Source of the DNA: an uncultured Bacilli bacterium
GTDB taxonomy: Bacteria; Bacillota_I; Bacilli_A; RF39; UBA660
NCBI GenBank assembly: GCA_910587065.1
Contig: CAJUMA010000003.1
Span: 92,602-156,601, forward strand
Direction: 5' to 3'
DNA: 64,000 nucleotides
Below, piece by piece: positions 20,505-30,177 of this stretch. The stretch's first letter is position 1. Every line of letters starts with the position of its first letter. The notes beneath the pieces are model-generated. The model saw only the letters and a program-made list of their open reading frames with translations. It was not told where the DNA came from and ran no database searches. A program made the translations under genes and the position numbers.

Positions 20505-21629
20505 ATGAGTAAAAGTCAAAATATAATAGATTATATAAAAAAATATGGCGAGTATTCTTTTGAGCTAGTTCCTTTTAATGAATTAGATAGTTTAATAATG
20601 TCTAGTCTTTCTTATGTCAGTTTTTCTTCTATTTTAAACAATGTAAGAGACAAAATTACTATTAAGGAAGCGGGCACAAAATTTTTTTCTATGCATACAA
20701 AAAAAGAACTTAAAGATAATGTTTTTTCTGTTAAAACAGGGATTAAAGTTTTCGCGTCTATTTATAAAACAAAAAGATTCCAAAATCTTATTATAACTAA
20801 ATATAAAAGGGTTTCTAATGAGGATAAACAATTCCAAGCTATTTGCATAAATATCAATAGTCGTTTAAGTTATCTATCCTTTGAAGGAACGGATGATTTA
20901 GTTAGTGGCTGGATTGAAGATGCAAAAATGAGCTATAGTTTCAAAGTCCCTGCTCAAAAAGAAGCTATTAAATATATAAATCATCATTTTAATCCTTTTT
21001 CAAATAGAAAGTACATTTTAGGAGGACACTCAAAGGGAGGAAATTTAGCTTTAGTTGCTGCAATGTATGCAAGAAATATTCTTAAATCAAAGATTAAAGA
21101 AATTTATGTGTTGGATGCTCCAGGTTTAAGAGAAAAAGAAATAAATTCACCAGAGTTTAAATCAATAGAAGATAGAGTCAAAAGAATCATAATTAATTAT
21201 TCTATAGTAGGAGTTCTCTTTAAGAATACGGAGAAAGTTAAAATTGTTGAATCATTAAAAAAAGGTCCGATGGCACATAACCTTATAAATTGGCGAATTG
21301 ATGATAAAGAATTTTCTTATACTAAGTTATCCGCCTTCAGTCGTAATTTTAAAGAAAAAGTTGATAATTGGCTAAATAGCTACAATGATTATGAAAAGCA
21401 AGAGTTTGTTAATAATTTAAAAGAATTGTTTAAAAGATCTGAAATAGTTTCCTTAATTGATATAAAGAATAATAAAATAAGAAAACTACATAAGCTAATA
21501 AAAGAAAGTAAAAAGTTAGATTCAAAGAGCAAAGACATTGTAAATACACTTATAAAGTTTCTTCTTGAGTTTATAAAAGAGGAATCATCAAGCTTGATTA
21601 GTAGTAAAATTCCTAATTTGAAACATTAA
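20505..21629 (+). CDS. DUF2974 (Mbeg1-like) alpha/beta-hydrolase-like protein
   Basis: GGHSKGGNLALVAAMYA block, which matches the characteristic G-H-S-x-G region of the DUF2974 family. Confidence 0.55.
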   Translation: MSKSQNIIDYIKKYGEYSFELVPFNELDSLIMSSLSYVSFSSILNNVRDKITIKEAGTKFFSMHTKKELKDNVFSVKTGIKVFASIYKTKRFQNLIITKYKRVSNEDKQFQAICININSRLSYLSFEGTDDLVSGWIEDAKMSYSFKVPAQKEAIKYINHHFNPFSNRKYILGGHSKGGNLALVAAMYARNILKSKIKEIYVLDAPGLREKEINSPEFKSIEDRVKRIIINYSIVGVLFKNTEKVKIVESLKKGPMAHNLINWRIDDKEFSYTKLSAFSRNFKEKVDNWLNSYNDYEKQEFVNNLKELFKRSEIVSLIDIKNNKIRKLHKLIKESKKLDSKSKDIVNTLIKFLLEFIKEESSSLISSKIPNLKH

Positions 21630-21711
21630 TTTGACATAGATGTATTAAAAATAGTCTATAATTCTTTACATACCTATGGTATAATTTTATTATAGATATG
21701 AGGGTAATGAT

Positions 21712-22236
21712 ATGGAATTTGAAACTAAGAATCTTGAAGTTAAAAAATTTATACCTGAATACATTTCTGTCATGTATGAAGCATGGGGAAAAGATAAAGA
21801 GGTAGGTAAGTACTTACCTGGCTTTAGAGTGGACTGGGATTTAGAAGGTTTTACAAACTATATTATTGGAACATATAAAGATGATTATTATGAAAGATTA
21901 ATTATTAAGGATAAAAAAACAAACAAAGTCATTGGTAATATATCTTTATATCAAGAGGATAGTAGAAGTAAGTCTGTAAATATTTGGCTTATTAAAGACT
22001 ATTGGGGAAAAGGTTTTGGAACAGAAGCTTTAACAAAAACAGTTGAAGAATTAAAAAAGACTAATTTAGGAAGCATATATGCAACGTGTGATGGAAGAAA
22101 TGAAGCTGCTAAAATCATTCTTGAAAGAGCAGGTTTTGAACTAATTGATACAATACCAAATTATCGTGAAGATATAGATGGTAATATAGGAGACGAACTT
22201 TTATATGAAATTGAACTTATAAGAGTTCAATACTAA
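21712..22236 (+). CDS. GNAT family N-acetyltransferase
   Basis: Acetyl-CoA binding motif region WGKGFGTEALTKTVEELKK. Typical ~170 aa size. Confidence 0.65.
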   Translation: MEFETKNLEVKKFIPEYISVMYEAWGKDKEVGKYLPGFRVDWDLEGFTNYIIGTYKDDYYERLIIKDKKTNKVIGNISLYQEDSRSKSVNIWLIKDYWGKGFGTEALTKTVEELKKTNLGSIYATCDGRNEAAKIILERAGFELIDTIPNYREDIDGNIGDELLYEIELIRVQY

Positions 22237-22311
22237 ATATTAATATTTAAAGTGGTAAAGTGAAAATTTATCTCTTTTTTCATTTAGACAAAAGAAGACA
22301 AAAAACTCCTA

Positions 22312-22340
22312 TTGCTTTTAAGAAAAAGTAAGATTATTAT
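22312..22340 (+). promoter_or_regulatory. sigma-A type promoter (TTGCTT-17-TATTAT) driving a noncoding unit
   Basis: -35 ttgctt at 22312-22317, 17-nt spacer, -10 tattat at 22335-22340. Confidence 0.4.
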
Positions 22341-22346
22341 AGTAAA

Positions 22347-22640
22347 TTGTGAAGCAAGGTAAAGATGCGTGTCACTCAATTTATATCTTTTAGCGAGTTT
22401 ATTCAGGGTGCTCGGTAATAAAAGTGGGGATATTTACGAGTAAAGAAGATTTGGTGATAATCATTGAATTGCTATTGAAAATAATTTTGGTGTTAGATAT
22501 AAAAGGCTGACATTAAAAAAGCATCTTTATTAACTGAATAAAGATGCAATGCACTAAGGTGTTGCGTACTAGCCAAAAGAGACTTCTGCTTCACACTCAA
22601 TGTAATTATAATAAAACTTGAAATTATCTTCAAGTTTTTT
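22347..22640 (+). ncRNA. candidate ~290-nt structured noncoding RNA (unclassified)
   Basis: Promoter-to-terminator unit. The terminator is aaaa-cttgaa-attatc-ttcaag-tttttt at 22613-22640. Internal 9-bp hairpin gcatcttta/taaagatgc at 22521-22547. No ORF longer than 17 codons. The whole 456-nt region 22237-22692 is noncoding in a gene-dense genome. Confidence 0.3.
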
Positions 22641-22692
22641 CTTTACATAATAATTTTCTATATTATATAATTTATTTAAAAGAAGGAACATA

Positions 22693-23046
22693 ATGAATAT
22701 TTTAGAAAGATTTTCAAAGTCTAAATTTAGAAGTAGTTTTCATTTAAAAAAACAAGATATCGAATATGTTGATAAAGTTGGCATAGAAAAAATAAAATCT
22801 CATGCTTATGATTTTATAACTAAACGCTTAGCTCCAGAAATTTTAGAAAATGATGGACATCAAACTCCCTTTAAGGGACATCCTGTCTTTATTGCTGAAC
22901 ATGCAACAGCTACTTGTTGTCGTGGATGTTTAGAAAAGTGGCATAAAATTGATAAAAATCATGAGTTAACTTCCAAAGAAATAGAATATATTGTAAATAT
23001 AATTATGAAATGGATTGAAAAAGAATATGGAAAAAGTAAGATGTAA
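22693..23046 (+). CDS. DUF4186-like small protein
   Basis: Conserved cysteine cluster ATCCRGCLEKWH typical of DUF4186. Located upstream of and overlapping the tag start. Confidence 0.45.
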   Translation: MNILERFSKSKFRSSFHLKKQDIEYVDKVGIEKIKSHAYDFITKRLAPEILENDGHQTPFKGHPVFIAEHATATCCRGCLEKWHKIDKNHELTSKEIEYIVNIIMKWIEKEYGKSKM

Positions 23047-23575
23047 ATGGTGTAATTTAAAGAACAAAATATATGCTGATTATCATGATTCTGAATGGGG
23101 AGTAGAGAGCCATGATGATGCTTATCTTTTTGAATTACTCTTACTTGAATCATTTCAGGCTGGTTTATCTTGGGAGTGTATTTTAAATAAACGAGAAAAC
23201 TTTCGCATCTCTTTTTCTAATTTTGATTATAGCGTAATCGCCTTATATGATGAAAAGAAAATTGAGGAGTTAATGAAAGATTCTGGTATTATTAGAAATA
23301 GACTTAAAATTAAAGCGGCCATTAATAATGCTAAAATATTTATGGAGATACAAAAGAAGTATGGTTCTTTTGATAAATATATTTGGTCTTTTACAAATAA
23401 TAAAATAATTAAGGGTAACGGAACTAGTACAACGTCTTCTCTTTCTGATAAAATATCACTTGATTTAAGTAGTAAGGGAATGAAGTTTGTTGGAAGCACG
23501 ATAGTTTATTCTTATCTTCAAGCAATTGGAGTAATTAATGATCATGAGAGTATTTGTTTTTTAAATAAGTCTTGA
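23027..23575 (+). CDS. tag: DNA-3-methyladenine glycosylase I
   Basis: N-terminal RCKWC...YHDSEWGV zinc-binding motif. FELLLLESFQAGLSWECIL helix-hairpin-helix block typical of Tag. ATG 23027 preferred over the upstream TTG in the ORF track. Confidence 0.8.
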   Translation: MEKVRCKWCNLKNKIYADYHDSEWGVESHDDAYLFELLLLESFQAGLSWECILNKRENFRISFSNFDYSVIALYDEKKIEELMKDSGIIRNRLKIKAAINNAKIFMEIQKKYGSFDKYIWSFTNNKIIKGNGTSTTSSLSDKISLDLSSKGMKFVGSTIVYSYLQAIGVINDHESICFLNKS

Positions 23576-23621
23576 ATATGTTTGCTTTTTAATATACAAT
23601 AAATATAAAGAAGGAGAATTT

Positions 23622-24298
23622 ATGACATACAATAGAAAAAATTTTATAGATAGTTGTAATTTTATAACACCATTTGAATTTGAATTATTGCCAGAGAATG
23701 TTCAATTAGCTTATTTAGATACAATCTATTCTTACAGTGTAAAAAGGGCACGTGAAAAAGGAAAAAATGGTGATGTTTTTAATTGCCGTGGTTATGTGCA
23801 TCCAGACTATGAAATGTATTTTGAAAAAATGGGTGTACAGTAACAAATTATGATTTTGGATTTGAAGAATACGAAGTTAAATGTGTAGACCCTAATAAAG
23901 GACATAAAGTAACAGAAGAAGATAAGAATAAGTTGGATTATTATCTAAGTATATTAGGGGAAGCAAAAGCCAATATTTTTGAAGGTTATTTAAATCGCAC
24001 ATTTTATGCAGGAACTAAAAACAATAGTGACATTGAAGTAGAGTTTACTGATGAAGAAACTACTAATCTGTTTAAGAAATTTACTAATAGAAGTTTTATG
24101 AGTATCGATGAACTTACTAATGAAGAGAAAAAAATGCTTATGGAAGCAGAACTTTCTTTAGTTATTGAAGATATTCGAAATGGTGAAACTCCTGAATGTG
24201 TTAACATACTTCCAAAAGGTTATAAAATAGTTTTAAATGAGGAAATTGAAGCTTTAAATCTTGCTTTACCTGAGGGTAAGCGTCTTAAGAGAGTATAA
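23622..24298 (+). pseudogene. one gene split by a frameshift at an A6 run (23824-23829), or two adjacent small genes
   Basis: ORF 23622-23843 ends just after gaaaaaatggg. Frame +2 is open without stops from 23825 and continues through the annotated 23933-24298 ORF, which has only a TTG start. One additional A would fuse them into one ~230-aa protein. Confidence 0.35.
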
Positions 24299-24305
24299 TT
24301 AATAC

Positions 24306-24334
24306 TTGAAAAAGTATTTATCTTTAAGTATAAT
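24306..24334 (+). promoter_or_regulatory. promoter of the T-box leader (TTGAAA-17-TATAAT)
   Basis: -35 at 24306-24311 and -10 at 24329-24334. Confidence 0.5.
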
Positions 24335-24339
24335 AAAAT

Positions 24340-24563
24340 TGGTTATAAAAAACAAGGAACAAGAGGAGTAAAATACTCTACATTATTAGGGATGAAAGAT
24401 CATTGACTGAAAGTCTTTCTTAATGAAAGTATTTGAAGGTAGCTTGGGAGTTGTTAATCTGAAATAATTAGTAAGATTAAACGAGTCACTCACGTTAAGA
24501 GTAAAGAGCACAAATTAAGGTGGTACCACGAGTCTTCGTCCTTTGGATGAGGACTCTTTTTGT
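24340..24563 (+). promoter_or_regulatory. T-box riboswitch leader, controlling the valS operon
   Basis: Canonical T-box sequence AAATTAAGGTGGTACCACGAG at 24512-24533. Followed by an 11-bp terminator (gagtcttcgtc/gatgaggactc) and TTTTT at 24530-24563. Stem I region carries an AGAGGAG-like element and a GUC triplet (aaagtctttc), a candidate Val specifier. Confidence 0.75.
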
Positions 24564-24578
24564 ATATTAGGAGGATTT

Positions 24579-25088
24579 ATGAATACAGTGGTTCAAGATA
24601 AAAATATAGCATTTGTAATTAATCAGGAAAATAAAATACTAGTATTTATTAGAGAAACAAGAGATTCGGTAATTATGTCTTTTCCCGAAATAATGGCGGA
24701 TAGTAAAATACCTTTTTTAAATGATGAACATTTAGAAGAATATGAATATATAAATTCGTATTCAAAAGAAAAAAATGATTGTAAAATTGTTAATGGTCAT
24801 TTAATCAAATTCCCAAAACGAGTGCGCAAACACTTTTATGCTTTAAGATATGATTTAATGCCAGAAGATATTGAAGAAATAATGAATTTAACTCATAAGA
24901 TAGGCGCGGAACCATACTTTCTTGATATTGAAGAGATTAAAGACCTTTTTACCAAAAATTATTACTTAAGTAATTCCATTGATACAGCAAATTTAATAGA
25001 AAAAAAACTAAAACCAATTTTAGAACTTGAAAAGAAAATGCAACCGTTGCTTGTACAAAAACAAAAGATTAGAAAGGAAAGATATTAA
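24579..25088 (+). CDS. hypothetical protein (169 aa), first gene of the T-box-controlled valS operon
   Basis: ATG 24579 with RBS TTAGGAGGA. The ORF-track start at 24543 falls inside the terminator stem and is rejected. Its stop overlaps the valS ATG by 1 nt. Confidence 0.55.
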   Translation: MNTVVQDKNIAFVINQENKILVFIRETRDSVIMSFPEIMADSKIPFLNDEHLEEYEYINSYSKEKNDCKIVNGHLIKFPKRVRKHFYALRYDLMPEDIEEIMNLTHKIGAEPYFLDIEEIKDLFTKNYYLSNSIDTANLIEKKLKPILELEKKMQPLLVQKQKIRKERY

Positions 25089-27607
25089 TGTTAGATACTA
25101 AATATGATAATAAAAAAATAGAAGAAGGAAAATACGAAAAGTGGAAAAATGCTGGTTACTTTAATTCAGGAGATAAAACGAAAAATCCTTATTGTATAGT
25201 GATACCACCTCCAAATGTAACAGGAAAACTTCACTTAGGTCATGCTTTAGATGTTTCAATCCAAGATATAATAATTCGTTATAAAAGATTACAAGGATTT
25301 GATTGTCTTTGGCTACCGGGAATGGATCATGCTGCTATTGCAACGGAAGCAAAAGTTGTAAAAAGATTAAAAGACCAAGGAATTGATAAATACGAATATG
25401 GAAGGGGAAAATTCTTAGAAGCTTGTTGGGATTGGACACGTGAATATGGTGGTAACATTAGAGAGCAATGGGCAAAAATGGGTATATCAGTTGATTATAA
25501 TAAAGAAAGATTTACTCTCGATGAAGGACTTAATAAAGCTGTAACAAAAGTTTTTGTTGATTATTATAATGAGGGAATAATATATCGTGGCGAAAGAATC
25601 ATAAATTGGGATCCCGAAGCCCAAACTGCTCTTTCTAATGAAGAAGTTATTTATAAGGATGTTGAAGGAGCTTTCTATCATTTAAAGTATTATATTGAGG
25701 GAACAAGTGAATATTTGGATGTTGCGACAACAAGGCCAGAGACTTTATTTGGTGATACTGCTGTTGCTGTTAATGAAAATGATGAAAGATATAAAAAGTA
25801 TATTGGTAAGAACGTAATATTACCAATTGTTAACAAACCAATCCCAATAATTGCTGATGAGCATGCGGATCCTGAATTTGGAACAGGTGTTGTTAAAATT
25901 ACACCAGCACATGATCCAAATGACTTTGAAGTAGGAAATAGACATAATTTAGAAAGAATAGTTGTCATGAAGCCTGATGCTACAATGAACGCTAATGCAT
26001 TAAAATATGAAGGTATGAGTCGTGAAGAATGTAGGGAAGCTTTACTTGAAGATTTAAAACATGAAGATTTGCTTATAAATATTGAACCAATGACACATTC
26101 CGTAGGTCACTCAGAACGTACAGGTGTTATGGTTGAGCCATACTTATCAAAACAATGGTTTGTTCGCATGGGGACTTTAGCTAAAAGAGTATTAGAGACC
26201 CAAAAGATAAGTGCTGAAAAAGTAAATTTTGTACCAGACAAGTTTGAAAAAACTTTAACCCATTGGATGGAAGAATGCTTTGATTGGTGTATCTCTCGTC
26301 AATTATGGTGGGGACATAGAATTCCTGCTTGGTATAAGGGTGAAGAAGTTTATGTAGGGGAGAGTGCTCCAACTGGTGATGGCTGGGTACAAGATGAGGA
26401 TGTTTTAGATACATGGTTCTCAAGTGCACTTTGGCCTTTTAGTACACTTGGTTGGCCTGAGTCTACAGAAGACATGGAAAGATACTATCCAAACGATTGC
26501 TTAGTTACTGCTTATGATATTATTTTCTTTTGGGTTGCTAGAATGGTTTTCCAAGCAGAACATATCACTGGTTCGCGTCCTTTTAAAGACTGTGTAATTC
26601 ATGGACTTATTCGTGATAAGCAAGGAAGAAAAATGTCTAAGTCTCTTGGTAACGGTGTAGATCCAATGGATATGATTGAAAAATATGGGGTAGATGCCTT
26701 AAGATACTATCTAGCAACTGATGTGGCACCTGGAACAGATCTTCGTTTTGATGAAGAAAAACTTTCTAGTACTTGGAATTATATAAATAAAATTTGGAAT
26801 GCCTCTCGCTTTGTTTTACTAAATATTGAAGACTTAAATGAAGCTCGACTAGAAGACTTAAGCGATGAAGATAAATGGATACTAACTAAATATGAACGTG
26901 TAATAAAATCTACAATTAAACATATGGATAAATACGAATTTAATTTAGTAGGTACTGAAACATACAATTTTATCTATGATGATTTTTGTAGTAACTATAT
27001 TGAATTTGCTAAATATAACTTAGATAAGCAGTCTACTAAATCAACACTATTTTGGGTGCTATCTGGAATAATCCAAATATTACATCCATTCATGCCATTT
27101 GTAACAGAAGAAATTTATCAAATGTTACCAATTAAAACGCATGATTCCATAATGATAAGTGATTATCCAATTTATGATAAGTCTTTAATGTTTGAAGCAG
27201 AAGAAAAATTAGTCGATGAAAAAATTGAATTCATAAAAAATTTCCGTAATGTCAAATCTGAAAACAGTATTCCAAAAGATGCATTAGTTAAAATAAATAC
27301 AGAGGATGAAATAATTATCAAAATGTTAAAATTATCAGATGTATTAACAGAAGAAGATTTAAGTATTAATTCTTATGAAGTTAAAACACAAAAATATCAA
27401 GCAACAATTTATTTTGAAAAACAAGTAACGGAAGAAGAGTTAAAGTTAAAAGAAAAACAAATAAATGACTTAGAATCATCAATTGAAAGAAGAAAAAAAC
27501 TTTTAGCTAATGAAAATTATGTTGCTAAGGCACCAGCGGAGTTAGTTGAAAAAGAAAGAAAAACTTTAGAATCCGAAGAAGAGCAATTAGCTCTTTTAAA
27601 GAAATAA
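25088..27607 (+). CDS. valS: valine--tRNA ligase
   Basis: Class I HIGH region (PPPNVTGKLHLGHA). KMSKS present as KMSKSLGN. Editing and anticodon-binding regions. C-terminal coiled coil typical of ValS. Confidence 0.9.
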   Translation: MLDTKYDNKKIEEGKYEKWKNAGYFNSGDKTKNPYCIVIPPPNVTGKLHLGHALDVSIQDIIIRYKRLQGFDCLWLPGMDHAAIATEAKVVKRLKDQGIDKYEYGRGKFLEACWDWTREYGGNIREQWAKMGISVDYNKERFTLDEGLNKAVTKVFVDYYNEGIIYRGERIINWDPEAQTALSNEEVIYKDVEGAFYHLKYYIEGTSEYLDVATTRPETLFGDTAVAVNENDERYKKYIGKNVILPIVNKPIPIIADEHADPEFGTGVVKITPAHDPNDFEVGNRHNLERIVVMKPDATMNANALKYEGMSREECREALLEDLKHEDLLINIEPMTHSVGHSERTGVMVEPYLSKQWFVRMGTLAKRVLETQKISAEKVNFVPDKFEKTLTHWMEECFDWCISRQLWWGHRIPAWYKGEEVYVGESAPTGDGWVQDEDVLDTWFSSALWPFSTLGWPESTEDMERYYPNDCLVTAYDIIFFWVARMVFQAEHITGSRPFKDCVIHGLIRDKQGRKMSKSLGNGVDPMDMIEKYGVDALRYYLATDVAPGTDLRFDEEKLSSTWNYINKIWNASRFVLLNIEDLNEARLEDLSDEDKWILTKYERVIKSTIKHMDKYEFNLVGTETYNFIYDDFCSNYIEFAKYNLDKQSTKSTLFWVLSGIIQILHPFMPFVTEEIYQMLPIKTHDSIMISDYPIYDKSLMFEAEEKLVDEKIEFIKNFRNVKSENSIPKDALVKINTEDEIIIKMLKLSDVLTEEDLSINSYEVKTQKYQATIYFEKQVTEEELKLKEKQINDLESSIERRKKLLANENYVAKAPAELVEKERKTLESEEEQLALLKK

Positions 27608-27647
27608 AAAAAATATCACTTATATTTTAAGTGATATTTTTATTTTA
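27608..27647. terminator. bidirectional rho-independent terminator between valS (+) and a convergent (-) gene
   Basis: Palindrome aaatatcactta-tatt-ttaagtgatattt, flanked by A-run and T-run. Confidence 0.6.
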
Positions 27648-28437
27648 GTTTAGGACCATCATTAGTTTTTTTATCATAGTAATTGAATAAATGAACAGCA
27701 ACACTGCTAATATTTTCATCAACTAATGCTTGCATTATATCCTCCGATTCCGTAAAGTTTATAATATCAACAACAGTTTCTTCAATGCCTTCAACATCGC
27801 CATAAAAGGCATTAACCAAAAATTCAGCAGCTTCTTCGATTGAAGCTATCCTATCGTTAGTTTTATTAATAGATCGAAATATTTGTTTAATTATAAAGTT
27901 TGGACTAATTTTTTCAGAATGTTCTAAATAATCTGCCATAAAGAAACTATTAAAGGAAGAAATTATTTCCATATCTTCCTCATCTAAAAGAAGATAAGCA
28001 AGAGCTTTATCATAAAAAGATAAATTATTCATTATATGGGAAGCATCCAGAAGTTCTGTTATATTATTTGGGTTTCTTATTAAAGCAGAGAAATCATTTC
28101 CTTTTTTATGAGCCGATTTTATTTGGTTTAATATTCTAATTTCCTCTTTAGTTGCGACATCTAAAACAATATTTTTATTAACTAAAATATAAAAGTCCAT
28201 AATAACTACTGATTGAAGTAGCATTTGTCTTACTCGTAACATTTTTATATCTTCATCTGTTGCTGTTGGTATTAGTTGTTTATAAATAAAGCCACTATCT
28301 TGTGTAAGCGTATTTCCCATAGCGATTGCTTTAATATAATCGTTATTGCGCATATTACCAGGAAGTACAGGAGAATTAAATATTAGTTTTTCTAACGTTA
28401 TAAGGCATAAACGTAAATATTCATTACTAAATTTCAT
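27640..28437 (-). CDS. hypothetical protein (265 aa)
   Basis: ATG at 28437 preceded by AAAGGGAGGAAATATA. The ORF-track N-terminal extension is rejected. Confidence 0.5.
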   Translation of the reverse strand: MKFSNEYLRLCLITLEKLIFNSPVLPGNMRNNDYIKAIAMGNTLTQDSGFIYKQLIPTATDEDIKMLRVRQMLLQSVVIMDFYILVNKNIVLDVATKEEIRILNQIKSAHKKGNDFSALIRNPNNITELLDASHIMNNLSFYDKALAYLLLDEEDMEIISSFNSFFMADYLEHSEKISPNFIIKQIFRSINKTNDRIASIEEAAEFLVNAFYGDVEGIEETVVDIINFTESEDIMQALVDENISSVAVHLFNYYDKKTNDGPKLK

Positions 28438-28571
28438 TATATTTCCTCCCTTTAAGTAAAGTATTCTAGTATATTTAATCAAATTTGTCAAAAAATACTG
28501 CATATAAATAAAAAAAACTAGAAATTATGGTAAAATTATAGTAGATTAATAAATGAGAAAGAGGTTTTGTT

Positions 28572-30071
28572 ATGGAAAGAAAATTAACTGATCAAGAATT
28601 AGTAAGAAGAGAAAAGATGAACAAAATCCGTGAAACAGGCATAGATCCTTTTGGTACTAGATTTGATAGAACGGATTTTGCTTGTGATATAAAAAAGAAA
28701 TATAAAGACACTCCACATGATGCTTTTGAATCAATGGATGATACGGCGTGTGTGGCTGGTCGAATAATGTTTATAAGAAAGATGGGTAAAGCATCATTTT
28801 TCACGATACAAGATAAAACAGGTAAAATACAAGTATATATTTCAATAAATGATATAGGTGAAGAAGCTTATACTTTATTTAAATCAGCTGATATTGGAGA
28901 TATTGTTGGAGTTAAAGGAAAAATAATGAAAACTCAAACAGGGGAGGTTACTATTAAATGTCTAGAATATACACATTTAGTTAAAGCTCTTCGTCCACTT
29001 CCGGAAAAATTCCATGGACTTACTGATGTTGAAGAAAGATATAGAAGAAGATATGTTGATTTAATAATGAATGAGGATTCAATGCGAGTAGCAATGATGA
29101 GACCAAAAATTATTAGATGTATTCAAAATTTCTTAGATAATAAAGGATTTATAGAAGTCGAAACACCAATTCTTACCAATCTTTTAACGGGAGCATCTGC
29201 TCGTCCATTTGTAACTCACCATAATACGCAAGACCTAGATATGTATTTACGTATCGCTCTTGAACTAAATCTAAAAAGATTACTTGTTGGTGGTATGGAG
29301 TCAGTTTATGAAATTGGTAGAACATTTAGAAACGAAGGAATGGATTCTCAGCATAATCCAGAATTTACGATGATGGAAGTTTATCAAGCATATTCTAATC
29401 TTGAAGGAATGATGGATTTAACGGAAAACATGTATAAAACAATTGCAAATGATGTAGTTGGAAAAACAACTTTTAATTATTTAGGACATGAAGTTGATTT
29501 ATCGGGAACTTGGAAAAGAATATCTATGGTTGATGCCATAAAAGAAGCAACAGGAATAGATTTTAAAAAGAAAATGACTGTAGAAGAAGCTTTAAAATTG
29601 GCGAGTGAACATGACATAGAAGTAGAAGCACATGAACATACAGTTGGACATATCATTAATTTATTTTTTGAAAAGTATGTTGAAGAAACTTTGATAGAGC
29701 CAACATTCCTTTATGGTCATCCAGTAGAAATATCTCCATTAACAAAGAAAAATCCAGAAGATCCGCGCTTTGTTGATAGATTTGAATTATTTATTTCTGG
29801 ACACGAGTGTGCAAATGCCTATACAGAACTTAATGATCCAGTGGATCAATTAGCTCGCTTTGAAGACCAATTAAAAGAAAAAGAATTAGGAAATGAAGAA
29901 GCTAATGATATAGATTATGATTTTGTTGAAGCTCTAGAATATGGAATGCCACCAGCTGGAGGAATTGGTTATGGAATTGATAGAATGATTATGCTATTTA
30001 CTGAGTCAGAATCAATACGTGACGTTTTATTATTCCCAACAATGAAACCAAATAATAAAAATGATAACTAA
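28572..30071 (+). CDS. lysS: lysine--tRNA ligase (class II)
   Basis: N-terminal OB-fold anticodon-binding domain. Class II motifs 1-3 (FIEVETPIL; FRNEGMDSQHNPEFTMMEVYQAY; GGIGYGIDRMIMLF). Confidence 0.9.
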   Translation: MERKLTDQELVRREKMNKIRETGIDPFGTRFDRTDFACDIKKKYKDTPHDAFESMDDTACVAGRIMFIRKMGKASFFTIQDKTGKIQVYISINDIGEEAYTLFKSADIGDIVGVKGKIMKTQTGEVTIKCLEYTHLVKALRPLPEKFHGLTDVEERYRRRYVDLIMNEDSMRVAMMRPKIIRCIQNFLDNKGFIEVETPILTNLLTGASARPFVTHHNTQDLDMYLRIALELNLKRLLVGGMESVYEIGRTFRNEGMDSQHNPEFTMMEVYQAYSNLEGMMDLTENMYKTIANDVVGKTTFNYLGHEVDLSGTWKRISMVDAIKEATGIDFKKKMTVEEALKLASEHDIEVEAHEHTVGHIINLFFEKYVEETLIEPTFLYGHPVEISPLTKKNPEDPRFVDRFELFISGHECANAYTELNDPVDQLARFEDQLKEKELGNEEANDIDYDFVEALEYGMPPAGGIGYGIDRMIMLFTESESIRDVLLFPTMKPNNKNDN

Positions 30072-30076
30072 TAATT

Positions 30077-30103
30077 AAACTCACAATTTTGTGAGTTTTT
30101 TTG
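30077..30103 (+). terminator. rho-independent terminator after lysS
   Basis: actcacaa / ttgtgagt stem followed by T7. Confidence 0.6.
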
Positions 30104-30126
30104 TGTAAATATGTAAAAAAATATAC

Positions 30127-30177
30127 TTGACAAGACGATTAGGGCTTGCTAAAAAAAAAAAAAAAAAATGCTATAAT
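30127..30177 (+). promoter_or_regulatory. promoter with extended -10 (TGcTATAAT) preceded by an 18-A homopolymer in the spacer
   Basis: ttgaca at 30127-30132. A18 at 30151-30168. tgctataat at 30169-30177. Lies 52 nt upstream of the secreted repeat-protein gene. Confidence 0.45.

Noticed and set aside
22237-22692. Guanidine-type (ykkC/mini-ykkC) riboswitch suggested by GGGGA...ACGAG
   Set aside because: Only two short partial matches. The conserved ykkC helices could not be drawn, and downstream genes (DUF4186, tag) are not guanidine-related. Kept only as an unclassified ncRNA candidate.
24543-24578. ORF-track N-terminal extension (TTG start) of the 24543-25088 ORF
   Set aside because: These codons lie inside the T-box terminator hairpin. 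A canonical ATG with RBS TTAGGAGGA is at 24579.
25487-26429. Three minus-strand ORFs (25487-25681, 25690-25968, 26181-26429) inside valS
   Set aside because: Antisense to a highly conserved aaRS gene.
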